Source: an uncultured archaeon | GTDB lineage: Archaea; Aenigmatarchaeota; Aenigmatarchaeia; Aenigmatarchaeales; Aenigmatarchaeaceae | Direction of reading: 5' to 3' | DNA length: 41,565 nt | NCBI GenBank assembly: GCA_964651405.1 | Contig: CAZYZB010000002.1 | Location: forward strand, 1 to 41,565 | Shown: positions 26,208-34,739 of the stretch, one piece after another | Layout of the letters: every line of letters starts with the position of its first letter | Numbering within the stretch: position 1 is the first letter of the stretch | The notes under the pieces: model-generated | Databases searched by the model: none | Seen by the model: the letters and a program-made list of their open reading frames with translations, nothing else | What the model was told of the DNA's origin: nothing | Program-made: the position numbers and the translations under genes

Positions 26208-26549
26208 ATGAAAGAATTATTGCTTTGGTTGTATGGAAAATCTGCTCGCAATGCTCACATACGTGATATGGCAGAGAAATTGATCATTGTTCTCAAGGAG
26301 AAACAGTCTCTGGAACATCAAGAATTGTGTAGACTGTTGGGCATAGGCTTTGACAAATATCAAAAACCGAAAAGGACCTTCTACTTCGTCGTGAATCCAC
26401 TGAAGAAAGTGCAATTAGTGAAGGAGAAGCGAGTCTATACGACTAAGGACAGGAAAAAGTATGCTACACACTATTTTCTCGATGCTGGAGCGTTCCAGGG
26501 CTATATGACTCGCATCATAGAAGAATTCCACGCCACAATTAAGCCATGA
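26208..26549 (+). CDS. Possible second wHTH-like protein
   Basis: ATG at 26208 (MKELLLW...), trimmed from the track ORF 26100..26549. HQELCRLLGIGFDKYQ is HTH-like. Confidence 0.35.
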   Translation: MKELLLWLYGKSARNAHIRDMAEKLIIVLKEKQSLEHQELCRLLGIGFDKYQKPKRTFYFVVNPLKKVQLVKEKRVYTTKDRKKYATHYFLDAGAFQGYMTRIIEEFHATIKP

Positions 26550-26847
26550 ATAGAAAAATTATCACTGAAAAATGCTCATAAGCTATATATCATGACTTAA
26601 TGTTTAGTCTATATATTTTACGAACATAGCTTTTCGTCATATATGATGTTATAGATATAGGCTAGTGAATAGGTTAGGATAGATATATTGCGTTAGTAGT
26701 GACATAATATGTATGCTATAAAACATATGTTAGACAAGCCGATGGAAAGTTTGCTCACGCTCGAATGTGAGAGTTCGTGAGAAAACGTGAAGATTTTCCT
26801 TAGGAAAATTGAATTTACAAAAGTTTTGAATATCTCACAAATATTAA

Positions 26848-27693
26848 CTATTTCAAACCCATTTTAGTTTCAAAAATTTCAAGTAATTCTTTTGGTCTTG
26901 CACCAAAAAATCCAAAATTTTTGTTTAATAGATCTCGCATTCTAGTGTCCATGTTTTCATAATTTACAAAATGAAGTGGTGATTTAAAAGAATCAATTTG
27001 TGTCGGATTCGGTATGAAATGGTAATCCAACGAAGCTACATATACAATTTTTTTCTTATTAACTCTGCAGATATATGTAGCTTCTGCCATAATCAACTTA
27101 TCTTTTATTTTTGGTTCTCCTGTTACATACATTATTTTATCTGAACCAAGTGTATTTTTAATTCCATCTAGAATTTCTTTTTTCTCAGATAATGGGCCTA
27201 TCATTCTTTTTATTATTATTGGAGTTGGAAAATATCTACATGTCTCAGGCATTATTTTCATGAAAAAAGGCTCTATTTCAGTACGAAGTATTCTTTTCAC
27301 ATCTTCTCTATTCATAGGAGGTCTTGTCGAGTATTCATCAATAATGTCTTCCATTCTATCTAAGGATTCATCGTATATTGCATTTTTTAACGTGGAATAA
27401 TTGAACTTACTTTGCAAATCTGTAATTTTCCAATAATAAATTTTTAATAATTTTTTGGCAGCCTTCTCTAATGCAGTAGTAGCTTCTATTTCAACTGTTC
27501 TCGTAATGATACATGCTAACTCTTCTCTATGTTTAGCGAATAAATCGAATAATGCTTCACATTCTTTAAACTTTCTTTGTCTTAGAAAAAATGTTTTTCC
27601 TTTTATTTCAACTTCTATAAAAAGAGAAGAAGTTATTAATGTACAACTATCAATCATTACAAATTCCATTGCATCACAAATCTTGCATTTCAA
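26848..27693 (-). CDS. PIN-like nuclease candidate
   Basis: 281 aa. Acidic positions FVMIDSCTLI, TVEIEAT and VASLDYHF are placed as in PIN domains, with a large insert. Overlaps the upstream gene by 20 nt. Confidence 0.4.
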   Translation of the reverse strand: MKCKICDAMEFVMIDSCTLITSSLFIEVEIKGKTFFLRQRKFKECEALFDLFAKHREELACIITRTVEIEATTALEKAAKKLLKIYYWKITDLQSKFNYSTLKNAIYDESLDRMEDIIDEYSTRPPMNREDVKRILRTEIEPFFMKIMPETCRYFPTPIIIKRMIGPLSEKKEILDGIKNTLGSDKIMYVTGEPKIKDKLIMAEATYICRVNKKKIVYVASLDYHFIPNPTQIDSFKSPLHFVNYENMDTRMRDLLNKNFGFFGARPKELLEIFETKMGLK

Positions 27694-28207
27694 TTTCTAT
27701 TTTTTGATTTAGTGATTCGCAAAAATCCTTTATTTCCTCTGCTGGCAGATTGGCTTCTTTTATTTCATTTTCAATTGATGTAAGCAAATTATATTCCTTA
27801 GCTTTTTTTCTCAAATTTCTAGTATCAATAGAAATAGTTGTTATTAGATAATCATTCTTATTTATTTTAAAATCTCTTATGTTTTTTGATAGATTTTGTA
27901 TAAAAGGTATTAAAACTAGGCATCTCTCAGCAGTAGTAGGATTTTCATGTCTTTTAAAGGCAGTCATTAACTGATTTCTCATTTCAATTATTATAATTCT
28001 TAAATTTCTTAGAGCATTAAATATTATATCTTGAGTTTCTTCTTCTAATGGTTTGGAAAGTACATCAAATTGACTAGCTTTTAAAATTTCAATAAAACTG
28101 TTTAATTTCTCTTCAGATTCTTTAGCTTTTATTTTCCCCTCTGATATAAAGGACTTTAGTGTTGTATTTAAATTGTTTATATAGGGTGTATAATCATACA
28201 TAAGCAT
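27674..28207 (-). CDS. All-helical partner of the PIN-like protein
   Basis: Start trimmed to ATG 28205-28207 (MLMYDYTPY), with TATTTAAATT about 25-35 nt upstream. No domain recognised. Confidence 0.35.
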   Translation of the reverse strand: MLMYDYTPYINNLNTTLKSFISEGKIKAKESEEKLNSFIEILKASQFDVLSKPLEEETQDIIFNALRNLRIIIIEMRNQLMTAFKRHENPTTAERCLVLIPFIQNLSKNIRDFKINKNDYLITTISIDTRNLRKKAKEYNLLTSIENEIKEANLPAEEIKDFCESLNQKIEIEMQDL

Positions 28208-28371
28208 CAATCCTCTATAACATAATTTAAATACGTAAAGTTTAAATATAAACCAATAGGTTTGAAAAATTCTCATTTTTGAGACGATATATATTATCAT
28301 GTAAAATCTTAAAAAAGAAGTTTCTTTACCACCATACGTGGTAATAAAACATTAAAAGCTTTAATTAAGTT

Positions 28372-29046
28372 TTGCAAATAATAATTAATGATCTAATGGC
28401 AAAAAATGATATAATTACCTATCAACAGTTGAAGGAACGATATGGAAACATCCAAAGAGGAATAAATTACGGAAAAGGCGCAAAGCCAACTATAATTCTA
28501 ATGTCGGTTAGAGTAGGTTCGCCTTATGTTGATAAAGAAGGAATAGATGGTCAAATAGTTTATGAAGGTGAAGATGCTTATGGAAACCCAAATAAGAAGT
28601 CTATAGATCAAGAACTTACAAGACAGAATCGTTCTTTAACTAATGCCGTAATAAACTTTATTCAAGGAAAAAGAAAAGCAGAACCTGTGATTATTTTTGA
28701 AAAACTAGAAAAGAACAAATGGATTGACAGAGGGGAATTCAAACTTGTTGGTGTTCAAAGGGCTTTTGATGGGAAAAGATATGTTTATAGATTTACCTTA
28801 TCCTCTGGAGGAGAAGAGACTGAGGTTCTAGACCCAGATAACTATAGATCTAGAGGTATAACATCTGATGTACAAAAAGAAGTGTGGAAAAGAGACGGTG
28901 GTAGATGCGTTAAATGTGGATCAGATAAAAAATTACATTTTGATCATATAATTCCGTTCTCTAAAGGCGGAAGCAACGATGTTGATAATATTCAGATACT
29001 TTGTTCCAAGTGTAATATAAAAAAATCTGACAAAGTTGGTGGTTAG
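28372..29046 (+). CDS. SRA-like/HNH modification-dependent (type IV) restriction endonuclease candidate
   Basis: C-terminal HNH: RCVKCGS...HFDHIIPFSKGGSN...NIQILCSKCN. The N-terminal 150 aa have an SRA/YDG-like layout: IILMSVRVGSPYVDKEGIDGQIVYEGEDAYG ... DQELTRQNRSLTNA ... PVIIFEKL ... DRGEFKLVG. Confidence 0.6.
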   Translation: MQIIINDLMAKNDIITYQQLKERYGNIQRGINYGKGAKPTIILMSVRVGSPYVDKEGIDGQIVYEGEDAYGNPNKKSIDQELTRQNRSLTNAVINFIQGKRKAEPVIIFEKLEKNKWIDRGEFKLVGVQRAFDGKRYVYRFTLSSGGEETEVLDPDNYRSRGITSDVQKEVWKRDGGRCVKCGSDKKLHFDHIIPFSKGGSNDVDNIQILCSKCNIKKSDKVGG

Positions 29047-29068
29047 TTACTACTAAAGTAGTTAGCAA

Positions 29069-29263
29069 ATGTTTAATTATATATTTCAACTTCTTTCAAT
29101 CATGAATTATTCTAATCATTTGATTGAAACACTTCAGAGTATATGGTCAGAACTAGATCACATCCTTCAAGAAGGAGCAGTCTTCTCTTCTGAAGAGAAG
29201 GAAAGGATTCTTAAAGTTCTTAATGACTTGGAGAAATTAGTAGACGAATTCAATGTTTATTAA
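29069..29263 (+). CDS. Hypothetical small helical protein
   Basis: 64-aa ORF directly after the HNH gene. No domain. Confidence 0.25.
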   Translation: MFNYIFQLLSIMNYSNHLIETLQSIWSELDHILQEGAVFSSEEKERILKVLNDLEKLVDEFNVY

Positions 29264-31117
29264 CTATCTCTTTATCCTTGACCTAAAAAATTCTTCAGTA
29301 CCTTTGTCCATAAAATATATGTAACATCCCTTATGAGCTCGTGACATCAGAACCCTGTATATGTTCTTGAGATGCTGGGCAAGCTTCTCGTTATTTCTTT
29401 TCGCCATACTATCATGAGAGTTTTCTGGCTTTGCTACCCAAATCTGCTTTTCTTTATCATAAATCAAGTCATTGCCGAATATCACGCCTATGTAGTCAAA
29501 CTCAAATCCCTGTGCAGTATAAACAGTTCCTACTTGTTCCATACCACTTTCATGTGTAGCCCATTTCCAGAACTCTTCCTTGTTTTCCCATGGCATTTTG
29601 AAATCGCCAATAACAACGTCATTAACTAGACTTCCATCTGGATTAGGCTTGCTCCATGGCCAGCAGAAACCTGCAACAATCCTTGCACTGTTTTTCTTTT
29701 GAATGTTCTTCTCAAGAATAGCTTCTTTGAGCTTTATTGAATCGTCAAATATAACAAACTCCATTTTGTCAGATGATGTTAGAAACTGTTTCTCAGATTC
29801 CCTGATTCCAAGGATATTCTCAACCCACTGCAAATACGAATCAGATCCACCACATCTAAATTGCGTCTTTAATTCCGGCATTTCAATAATTTCTGCTCCT
29901 AACTTCTTGGCAGCATCTTTTATTAATTCAACACTTCCAATCTCACTAGGTCTTACCACCTGATACTCATCTATAAAAAATATCGATAGCTTGGAAGGTC
30001 TTATGAGGTCTTCTATCTGTGGGTTCTTTGACCTCAGCTTCCATGGAACTCCATAGTCATTACTATCTCTCCTTATCCTATGAGCCTCATCGCATATAAG
30101 TACGTCTATTTCATTTTCTTTGTATTTTGTAAAGCTGAAAAAATATTTGAAAAACTTGCTTGACCTACTTCCTAGTATATTCCTAAGTGTATTTGTAAAT
30201 GCCGATGAACCCGTCGCATGAAATACAGTCTTACCTTTCCTCATTAGTTCTCCCATTACCTCTAATGCAATGACAGACTTTCCGGTTCCAGGACCGCCTT
30301 TGATTATAACCACGGATTTCTTGTCTGAATCTGCAAGCTTCTTCGCCTTGTGCATTATGGCATTGTAAGCGGTAATCTGATCGTCTATTAGATTGAATAT
30401 CTGCTGCTTATTTATCATGTTCTTTGTGTGATCTAGCAGCTTTTTCGAAGGATGTATCGGACTGTTTATGAATCTGTTGAATACCTCTATTCCAGCGCCA
30501 TTCTGAAGTCTTTTCTTTAGAAAATTTCCAAAATCTTTTATGTCTTCCTTAGCAAACAGAGGATAATTCTCTATGATTTTTTCAAATTTTGACAGAAATA
30601 GAACATTGTTTTTATCATATCTTGAATAGTTGTGACAATAAGCGCATGAGTTTAGGAATACCTCTGGTTTTTCCTCGAATACAGTTACGAAATCCTTAAG
30701 ATCGAAGTGGTATCCTTGAACTTGAAGGGATGGATGTGCATGTTGAATCTCGAACTTTCCAAAATTCACTATAACGTTGCCTTCTATTTCAGAGTCTTTG
30801 ACATTTTCGTTTGACCACTGTTTCAACTCTATTAAAATTATACTATCTCTGTTAGATTCATCTTTGCCGAATAATAGTGCGTCTATCCTTCTAGTTGAAT
30901 AGGGCAGTTCATACTCGACTACTATTTTATTGTCCTTCAACTCTGAGAAGTCAAATGCGTTTTTAAGGAAATTCAGTGAGATGTTCCAAGAATTAAATTC
31001 TGATATGTTTACTCTTTTACCATAATAATCAAAATAGTTTTTAGAAATTATATCTGCAATCCTGTTTTGAATTATATCATCTCTGAAACTTTCAATCGTG
31101 CCTTCATAAAGTCTCAT
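29264..31117 (-). CDS. DUF2075-type (Schlafen-like) SF1 helicase with N-terminal PD-(D/E)xK-like nuclease motif
   Basis: 617 aa. RRIDALLFG...IILIELKQW (D...ExK), Walker A GGPGTGKS, Walker B ICDEAHR, and C-terminal YTAQGFEFDYIGVIFG, typical of DUF2075. Confidence 0.75.
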   Translation of the reverse strand: MRLYEGTIESFRDDIIQNRIADIISKNYFDYYGKRVNISEFNSWNISLNFLKNAFDFSELKDNKIVVEYELPYSTRRIDALLFGKDESNRDSIILIELKQWSNENVKDSEIEGNVIVNFGKFEIQHAHPSLQVQGYHFDLKDFVTVFEEKPEVFLNSCAYCHNYSRYDKNNVLFLSKFEKIIENYPLFAKEDIKDFGNFLKKRLQNGAGIEVFNRFINSPIHPSKKLLDHTKNMINKQQIFNLIDDQITAYNAIMHKAKKLADSDKKSVVIIKGGPGTGKSVIALEVMGELMRKGKTVFHATGSSAFTNTLRNILGSRSSKFFKYFFSFTKYKENEIDVLICDEAHRIRRDSNDYGVPWKLRSKNPQIEDLIRPSKLSIFFIDEYQVVRPSEIGSVELIKDAAKKLGAEIIEMPELKTQFRCGGSDSYLQWVENILGIRESEKQFLTSSDKMEFVIFDDSIKLKEAILEKNIQKKNSARIVAGFCWPWSKPNPDGSLVNDVVIGDFKMPWENKEEFWKWATHESGMEQVGTVYTAQGFEFDYIGVIFGNDLIYDKEKQIWVAKPENSHDSMAKRNNEKLAQHLKNIYRVLMSRAHKGCYIYFMDKGTEEFFRSRIKR

Positions 31118-31119
31118 AA

Positions 31120-31482
31120 TTATAACTCCGTATATTTTTTGGCGCTTCCTTTTGCTTTCTCTACAGGATATTTCTTTTCATTCTGTTCTATTTTCTTCTT
31201 TACAATTTCTGATATGTCAGCATTTATGGCATCTGCCAAATCAATACAATATACAATAATATCAGCCAATTCCTCACAAACATTCTGATATTTCTCATTG
31301 CTTTTCAACACTTCTTTTATTTCATCGGCAGTTTTCCATTGAAACAATTCTAGTAACTCGGCCGCTTCAATGCTCATAGAAACAGCAAGGTCTTTTGGAT
31401 TATGATACTTTTTCCAATCCCTTTCATCTCTGAAAGCTATAACTAATTTTTTCAAATCTTCTATTGTTATTTTATCATCCAT
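31120..31482 (-). CDS. MazG-like nucleoside triphosphate pyrophosphohydrolase
   Basis: 120 aa. FRDERDW, SIEAAELLELFQW and CEELADIIVY form the all-alpha MazG/dCTPase EExxE...ExxD pattern. Confidence 0.8.
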   Translation of the reverse strand: MDDKITIEDLKKLVIAFRDERDWKKYHNPKDLAVSMSIEAAELLELFQWKTADEIKEVLKSNEKYQNVCEELADIIVYCIDLADAINADISEIVKKKIEQNEKKYPVEKAKGSAKKYTEL

Positions 31483-31491
31483 AAAAATACA

Positions 31492-32955
31492 TTATTTAAT
31501 TTTATACTCTCTTCCATACTTAACAACTTTCGTTCTCGCAAACTTCCTGAACAACCCAGGATGCTCAGTATGAACGGGAAAGAGGACTTTCGGCTTTATT
31601 CTTTTCACAGCCTTGCCAAGCAGCGTCCCTGGCGCATGACCTGAGACATGCGTCCTGAACATCCTAATCTTAAAATGCCTTAGCCAATTATTAATTCTTT
31701 CTTGTTCGATCTCCATCTCAACATCAAATGGCTCGCACGTCGATTTAACGTAAAAAGCATTCCTCGGTTTTATATCTATTAGCTCTTTCAGATCAAAGTT
31801 CGAGCAGAACCAAACATACTTGCTAGGATCTTTACTAACGCATTCATGGTCAGAACAATTGTTAAGGAAAGGCTTTTCCCAATGCTCGTAATCCTGCTCC
31901 TTTATCCTTTGCGGAAAGTCCTTGCGTATGACTCCCCAGCCTTTTCTTATGCTATAGACACAAAGATTCTCGTCATCAATGCTTGGTATCTTGGCATCGT
32001 TGCACTCTTTCAAAAGACTTAACAAATAAGCCTGACGAGTACTGATAGCCAACTTCCTATCCAATGCCTTAGCTGCATTAAGAAACGACAGCATACGATC
32101 AGTATCACGTATCGGCCAGTCAGCAACTATAAGACCCTTGCACTTGCAACCAATCTTGGAAACCTTTTTCTCAACATCTTCTTCTTTCTGTCCCTTCCTC
32201 TCATTGATCCTCGTTCCCTCACTTATCATTGCGACAGGCTTTGACTCAGCGCACTTTTCAACGAACGTTTCACTCTCAGCGCCGCGGCGGCCGTGGAATC
32301 TTATATCACCAGTATAGACTATCGCTCCTTCTGAAGTATGAATAATAAAACCAGTCGCACCAGGCAATGAATGATCAACTGGATAAGGAATAATTTCCAA
32401 AGAATCAATTTTTATTTTATCTCCGAACTCAAAGTCGTTGACTTCCCTTTTAATAACGATATCATTATAGTGATACTGTTTAGTCTTTCTGCTGTATTCG
32501 CCTTGTTTGTTGACATAGATTTGAAAGTTTTCAACAATGTCAAGGAAATCCGTAAATCCTGACTGGGAAGTATTCTGGATTGCTTCAAGTATGAGTTTGG
32601 TCGGCTTTGAGCAGAATATTGGGACGTCATGTCGTATGTGATTTACATAAGCGGAATGGTCAGCGTGGGCATGTGATAAGAATATTCCTTGGATAGATGG
32701 CTCTGCTTCGAAGTCGCGTCCCATATGCTTTAGAAAATCTCTTCTATATAATCCTTTCAAATCAGGCAATAACCCGAACTCGATCAGGTCACCAATCACG
32801 TTGCACTTTCTCGGCTGCAAGAACTCTGAGAAGTATTGATTAGCTCGACTAAAGCTCATCCCAAAGTCAAGGAAAATATTCGTGCCGCGGTCTTCCAATA
32901 ATATTTTATTTCCACCAATCTCGTTGACGCCACCGTAGAAAGTAAGCGAAACCAT
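31492..32955 (-). CDS. Metallo-beta-lactamase fold / beta-CASP (RNase J-like) hydrolase
   Basis: 487 aa. FYGGVNEIGGNKILLED, the HxHxDH motif LSHAHADHS, and C-terminal RTHVSGHA. Sits 9 nt upstream of the MazG gene. Confidence 0.75.
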   Translation of the reverse strand: MVSLTFYGGVNEIGGNKILLEDRGTNIFLDFGMSFSRANQYFSEFLQPRKCNVIGDLIEFGLLPDLKGLYRRDFLKHMGRDFEAEPSIQGIFLSHAHADHSAYVNHIRHDVPIFCSKPTKLILEAIQNTSQSGFTDFLDIVENFQIYVNKQGEYSRKTKQYHYNDIVIKREVNDFEFGDKIKIDSLEIIPYPVDHSLPGATGFIIHTSEGAIVYTGDIRFHGRRGAESETFVEKCAESKPVAMISEGTRINERKGQKEEDVEKKVSKIGCKCKGLIVADWPIRDTDRMLSFLNAAKALDRKLAISTRQAYLLSLLKECNDAKIPSIDDENLCVYSIRKGWGVIRKDFPQRIKEQDYEHWEKPFLNNCSDHECVSKDPSKYVWFCSNFDLKELIDIKPRNAFYVKSTCEPFDVEMEIEQERINNWLRHFKIRMFRTHVSGHAPGTLLGKAVKRIKPKVLFPVHTEHPGLFRKFARTKVVKYGREYKIK

Positions 32956-33064
32956 ATTAAGAAAATGGTGTATCTGAAATAAAAATTCACCACTAAAAGT
33001 GGTAACAAACTAATTTGACTTCTGACTCTAAAATTGCATAATATATTTATGACAGTGATATCAT

Positions 33065-33310
33065 ATGATATATAGAGATATCATCAAAGGCAACTGTATA
33101 GTTAGGCTTTCACACCATGCTAGAAGACAAGCCAAGGAAAGAGGAATCTATTCAGGTCTGATAATAGAAGCAATAATGTGCGGAGAAATGAAGCAATTTG
33201 GAAAAAACTATGTCAAATTTATTAAAAGATGCGGAAAAGGCAATCTGATATGCTTGGGTGAAAGAAAGGAAAGAGACAAAATTTTGATACTCACGATAGA
33301 GTGGGGATGA
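33065..33310 (+). CDS. DUF4258-like toxin candidate
   Basis: 81 aa. VRLSHHARRQAKERGIYSGLIIEAI resembles the DUF4258 signature. Overlaps the downstream antitoxin-like gene. Confidence 0.45.
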   Translation: MIYRDIIKGNCIVRLSHHARRQAKERGIYSGLIIEAIMCGEMKQFGKNYVKFIKRCGKGNLICLGERKERDKILILTIEWG

Positions 33311-33648
33311 TTATGAACAGAATAAAAAAAGAAACAAGAAGCGAAGAGAGAAAATGTTGGAATTGCAAGTCTGTTATGGAAGAAATCACGGGGATGGATC
33401 CTGACGGAATTGCTTATAATTGCTGGAGATGCCCCAAATGTGGCGACGAGGTTCTAACAATGAGACAACTTCATGATATATCCGAAAAGGAAAAGAAGAC
33501 TATGGAAGCGAAGATATCCAAATGGGGCACGGCCGTTGCCATTAGGATACCCAAGTCGATAGTCCAGACTTATAATTTGGTGCCTGGCAAGAAAGCGACC
33601 ATCATACCAGAGAAGACAGGCTTCAAGGTTGTCTCAAGGAAGAAATAA
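33301..33648 (+). CDS. Zn-ribbon + AbrB/SpoVT/MazE-type antitoxin candidate
   Basis: 115 aa. CWNC...CPKCG, then KWGTAVAIRIPKSIV (swapped-hairpin barrel). Confidence 0.55.
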   Translation: MGMIMNRIKKETRSEERKCWNCKSVMEEITGMDPDGIAYNCWRCPKCGDEVLTMRQLHDISEKEKKTMEAKISKWGTAVAIRIPKSIVQTYNLVPGKKATIIPEKTGFKVVSRKK

Positions 33649-33655
33649 TTTTTCA

Positions 33656-33692
33656 GATAAAAACCTTTTATTGTAAATGATATTTAGAATTA
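33656..33692 (+). repeat. Cassette-site copy R0 (degenerate, with two short insertions)
   Basis: GATAAAAACCTTTTATTGTAAATGATATTTAGAATTA aligns to R7 (GATAAAGAATTGTAAAATTTAGAATTTAAG). Overlaps the stop of the Zn-ribbon gene exactly as R7 does. Confidence 0.5.
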
Positions 33693-33890
33693 CTTCAATT
33701 TTCTCTTTATCTTCTTTGAGAGCTGGTTTATCTCTTCGTCATCGAAATAACTCTTTCCGCAGTTTGAGCATTCCAGGCATTTCTGTCTTACTTTCACAGA
33801 ACCGGGGTTCTTTATCTCGAATGTAAAGTCCTTCTTCCTGCTGACAAGCTTAGTCGAACCGCATTCTATGCATCTGCTTAGTCTAGTCAT
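33690..33890 (-). CDS. YgiT/MqsA-type Zn-ribbon protein
   Basis: 66 codons from ATG 33888-33890; the track start at 33935 runs through the MBL relic. CIECGS...CSNCGKSYFDDEE. Paralog of 38308..38514. Confidence 0.55.
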   Translation of the reverse strand: MTRLSRCIECGSTKLVSRKKDFTFEIKNPGSVKVRQKCLECSNCGKSYFDDEEINQLSKKIKRKLK

Positions 33891-33897
33891 ACGCTCC

Positions 33898-33960
33898 CTA
33901 CAATAATATTTCATTACCGCCGACCTCGTTGACACCGCCGTAGAAAGTCAGAGACGTTAT
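33898..33960 (-). pseudogene. Relic 5' end of an MBL/beta-CASP gene (copy B)
   Basis: ATA-ACG-TCT... translates as ITSLTFYGGVNEVGGNEILL-stop, against the intact MVSLTFYGGVNEIGGNKILLED. The start codon is mutated to ATA. Confidence 0.8.
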
Positions 33961-33989
33961 AATAAAGAATTGTAAAAATCAGAATTTAA
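33961..33989 (+). repeat. Cassette-site copy R1
   Basis: AATAAAGAATTGTAAAAATCAGAATTTAA. Confidence 0.85.
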
Positions 33990-34082
33990 TGATTAGTAGT
34001 TTGTGGGCATAGGTTAGTTTACTGCCGTAGGCATTGAAAAGAGTTAAAAGACTTCTTAACCTAAAAATTAATAGGTGAAATT

Positions 34083-34661
34083 ATGGGTAAGATATTGGAA
34101 AAAATAAAAGAAACTTTTAAAAAGATTGCTGAATTTGATGCAAAATATCTTTCAATTTCGGAAAGTTCAAGCTCTTATGATTCACCATCTTATGATTCAT
34201 CAACAACTTATAGCCGCGGTGAGAAAATGACAAATATTGCTGAAATCATAGAATTACAAAGAAGAGGAGTTTACGCAATAAGCTCCAGTCCAGATGAAAT
34301 ACTCAGGGAATTACAAAGAAGAGAGCATACTGCATCAGGTTTCTTAACTGAAAAAGATTGTAGAACTTGTGGCTACATGAAATCGTATGGTGCGCTTTTT
34401 GGCAATAAAGTTCAGAAAAGTTGCGCCAGTTGTACTTACATGATAGAAGCGCGATCGAACGAATTATCCTTTGGATATAGTAAACCAAAACCTCAAATAC
34501 AGATAGATCCTGATGAATTAAAAAAAAGAATCGAAGCAGAAAGAAACTCGAGGTTAGAAAGCGTCTACCTTCTAGAAGACTTGGCTGATGTTGTAGGAGA
34601 TAAGGAGATATCTAGAAAAATCAGAGAAATAGCAAGTGCTGAAAGGCGGCTACGTCATTAG
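34083..34661 (+). CDS. Hypothetical protein (CxxC...CxxC)
   Basis: 192-aa ORF with a Ser-rich N-terminus and CRTCGY...CASCTY. Confidence 0.4.
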   Translation: MGKILEKIKETFKKIAEFDAKYLSISESSSSYDSPSYDSSTTYSRGEKMTNIAEIIELQRRGVYAISSSPDEILRELQRREHTASGFLTEKDCRTCGYMKSYGALFGNKVQKSCASCTYMIEARSNELSFGYSKPKPQIQIDPDELKKRIEAERNSRLESVYLLEDLADVVGDKEISRKIREIASAERRLRH

Positions 34662-34706
34662 TTCTCTAATTGCTCTATTCTCGATACATCAACTTTAAAT
34701 TTCATG

Positions 34707-34737
34707 TCAGGAAATCTTAGAAAAATCAGGATTTAAT
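34707..34737 (+). repeat. Cassette-site copy R2 (left half degenerate)
   Basis: TCAGGAAATCTTAGAAAAATCAGGATTTAAT, preceded by CATG as in full copies. Confidence 0.7.
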
Positions 34738-34739
34738 GT

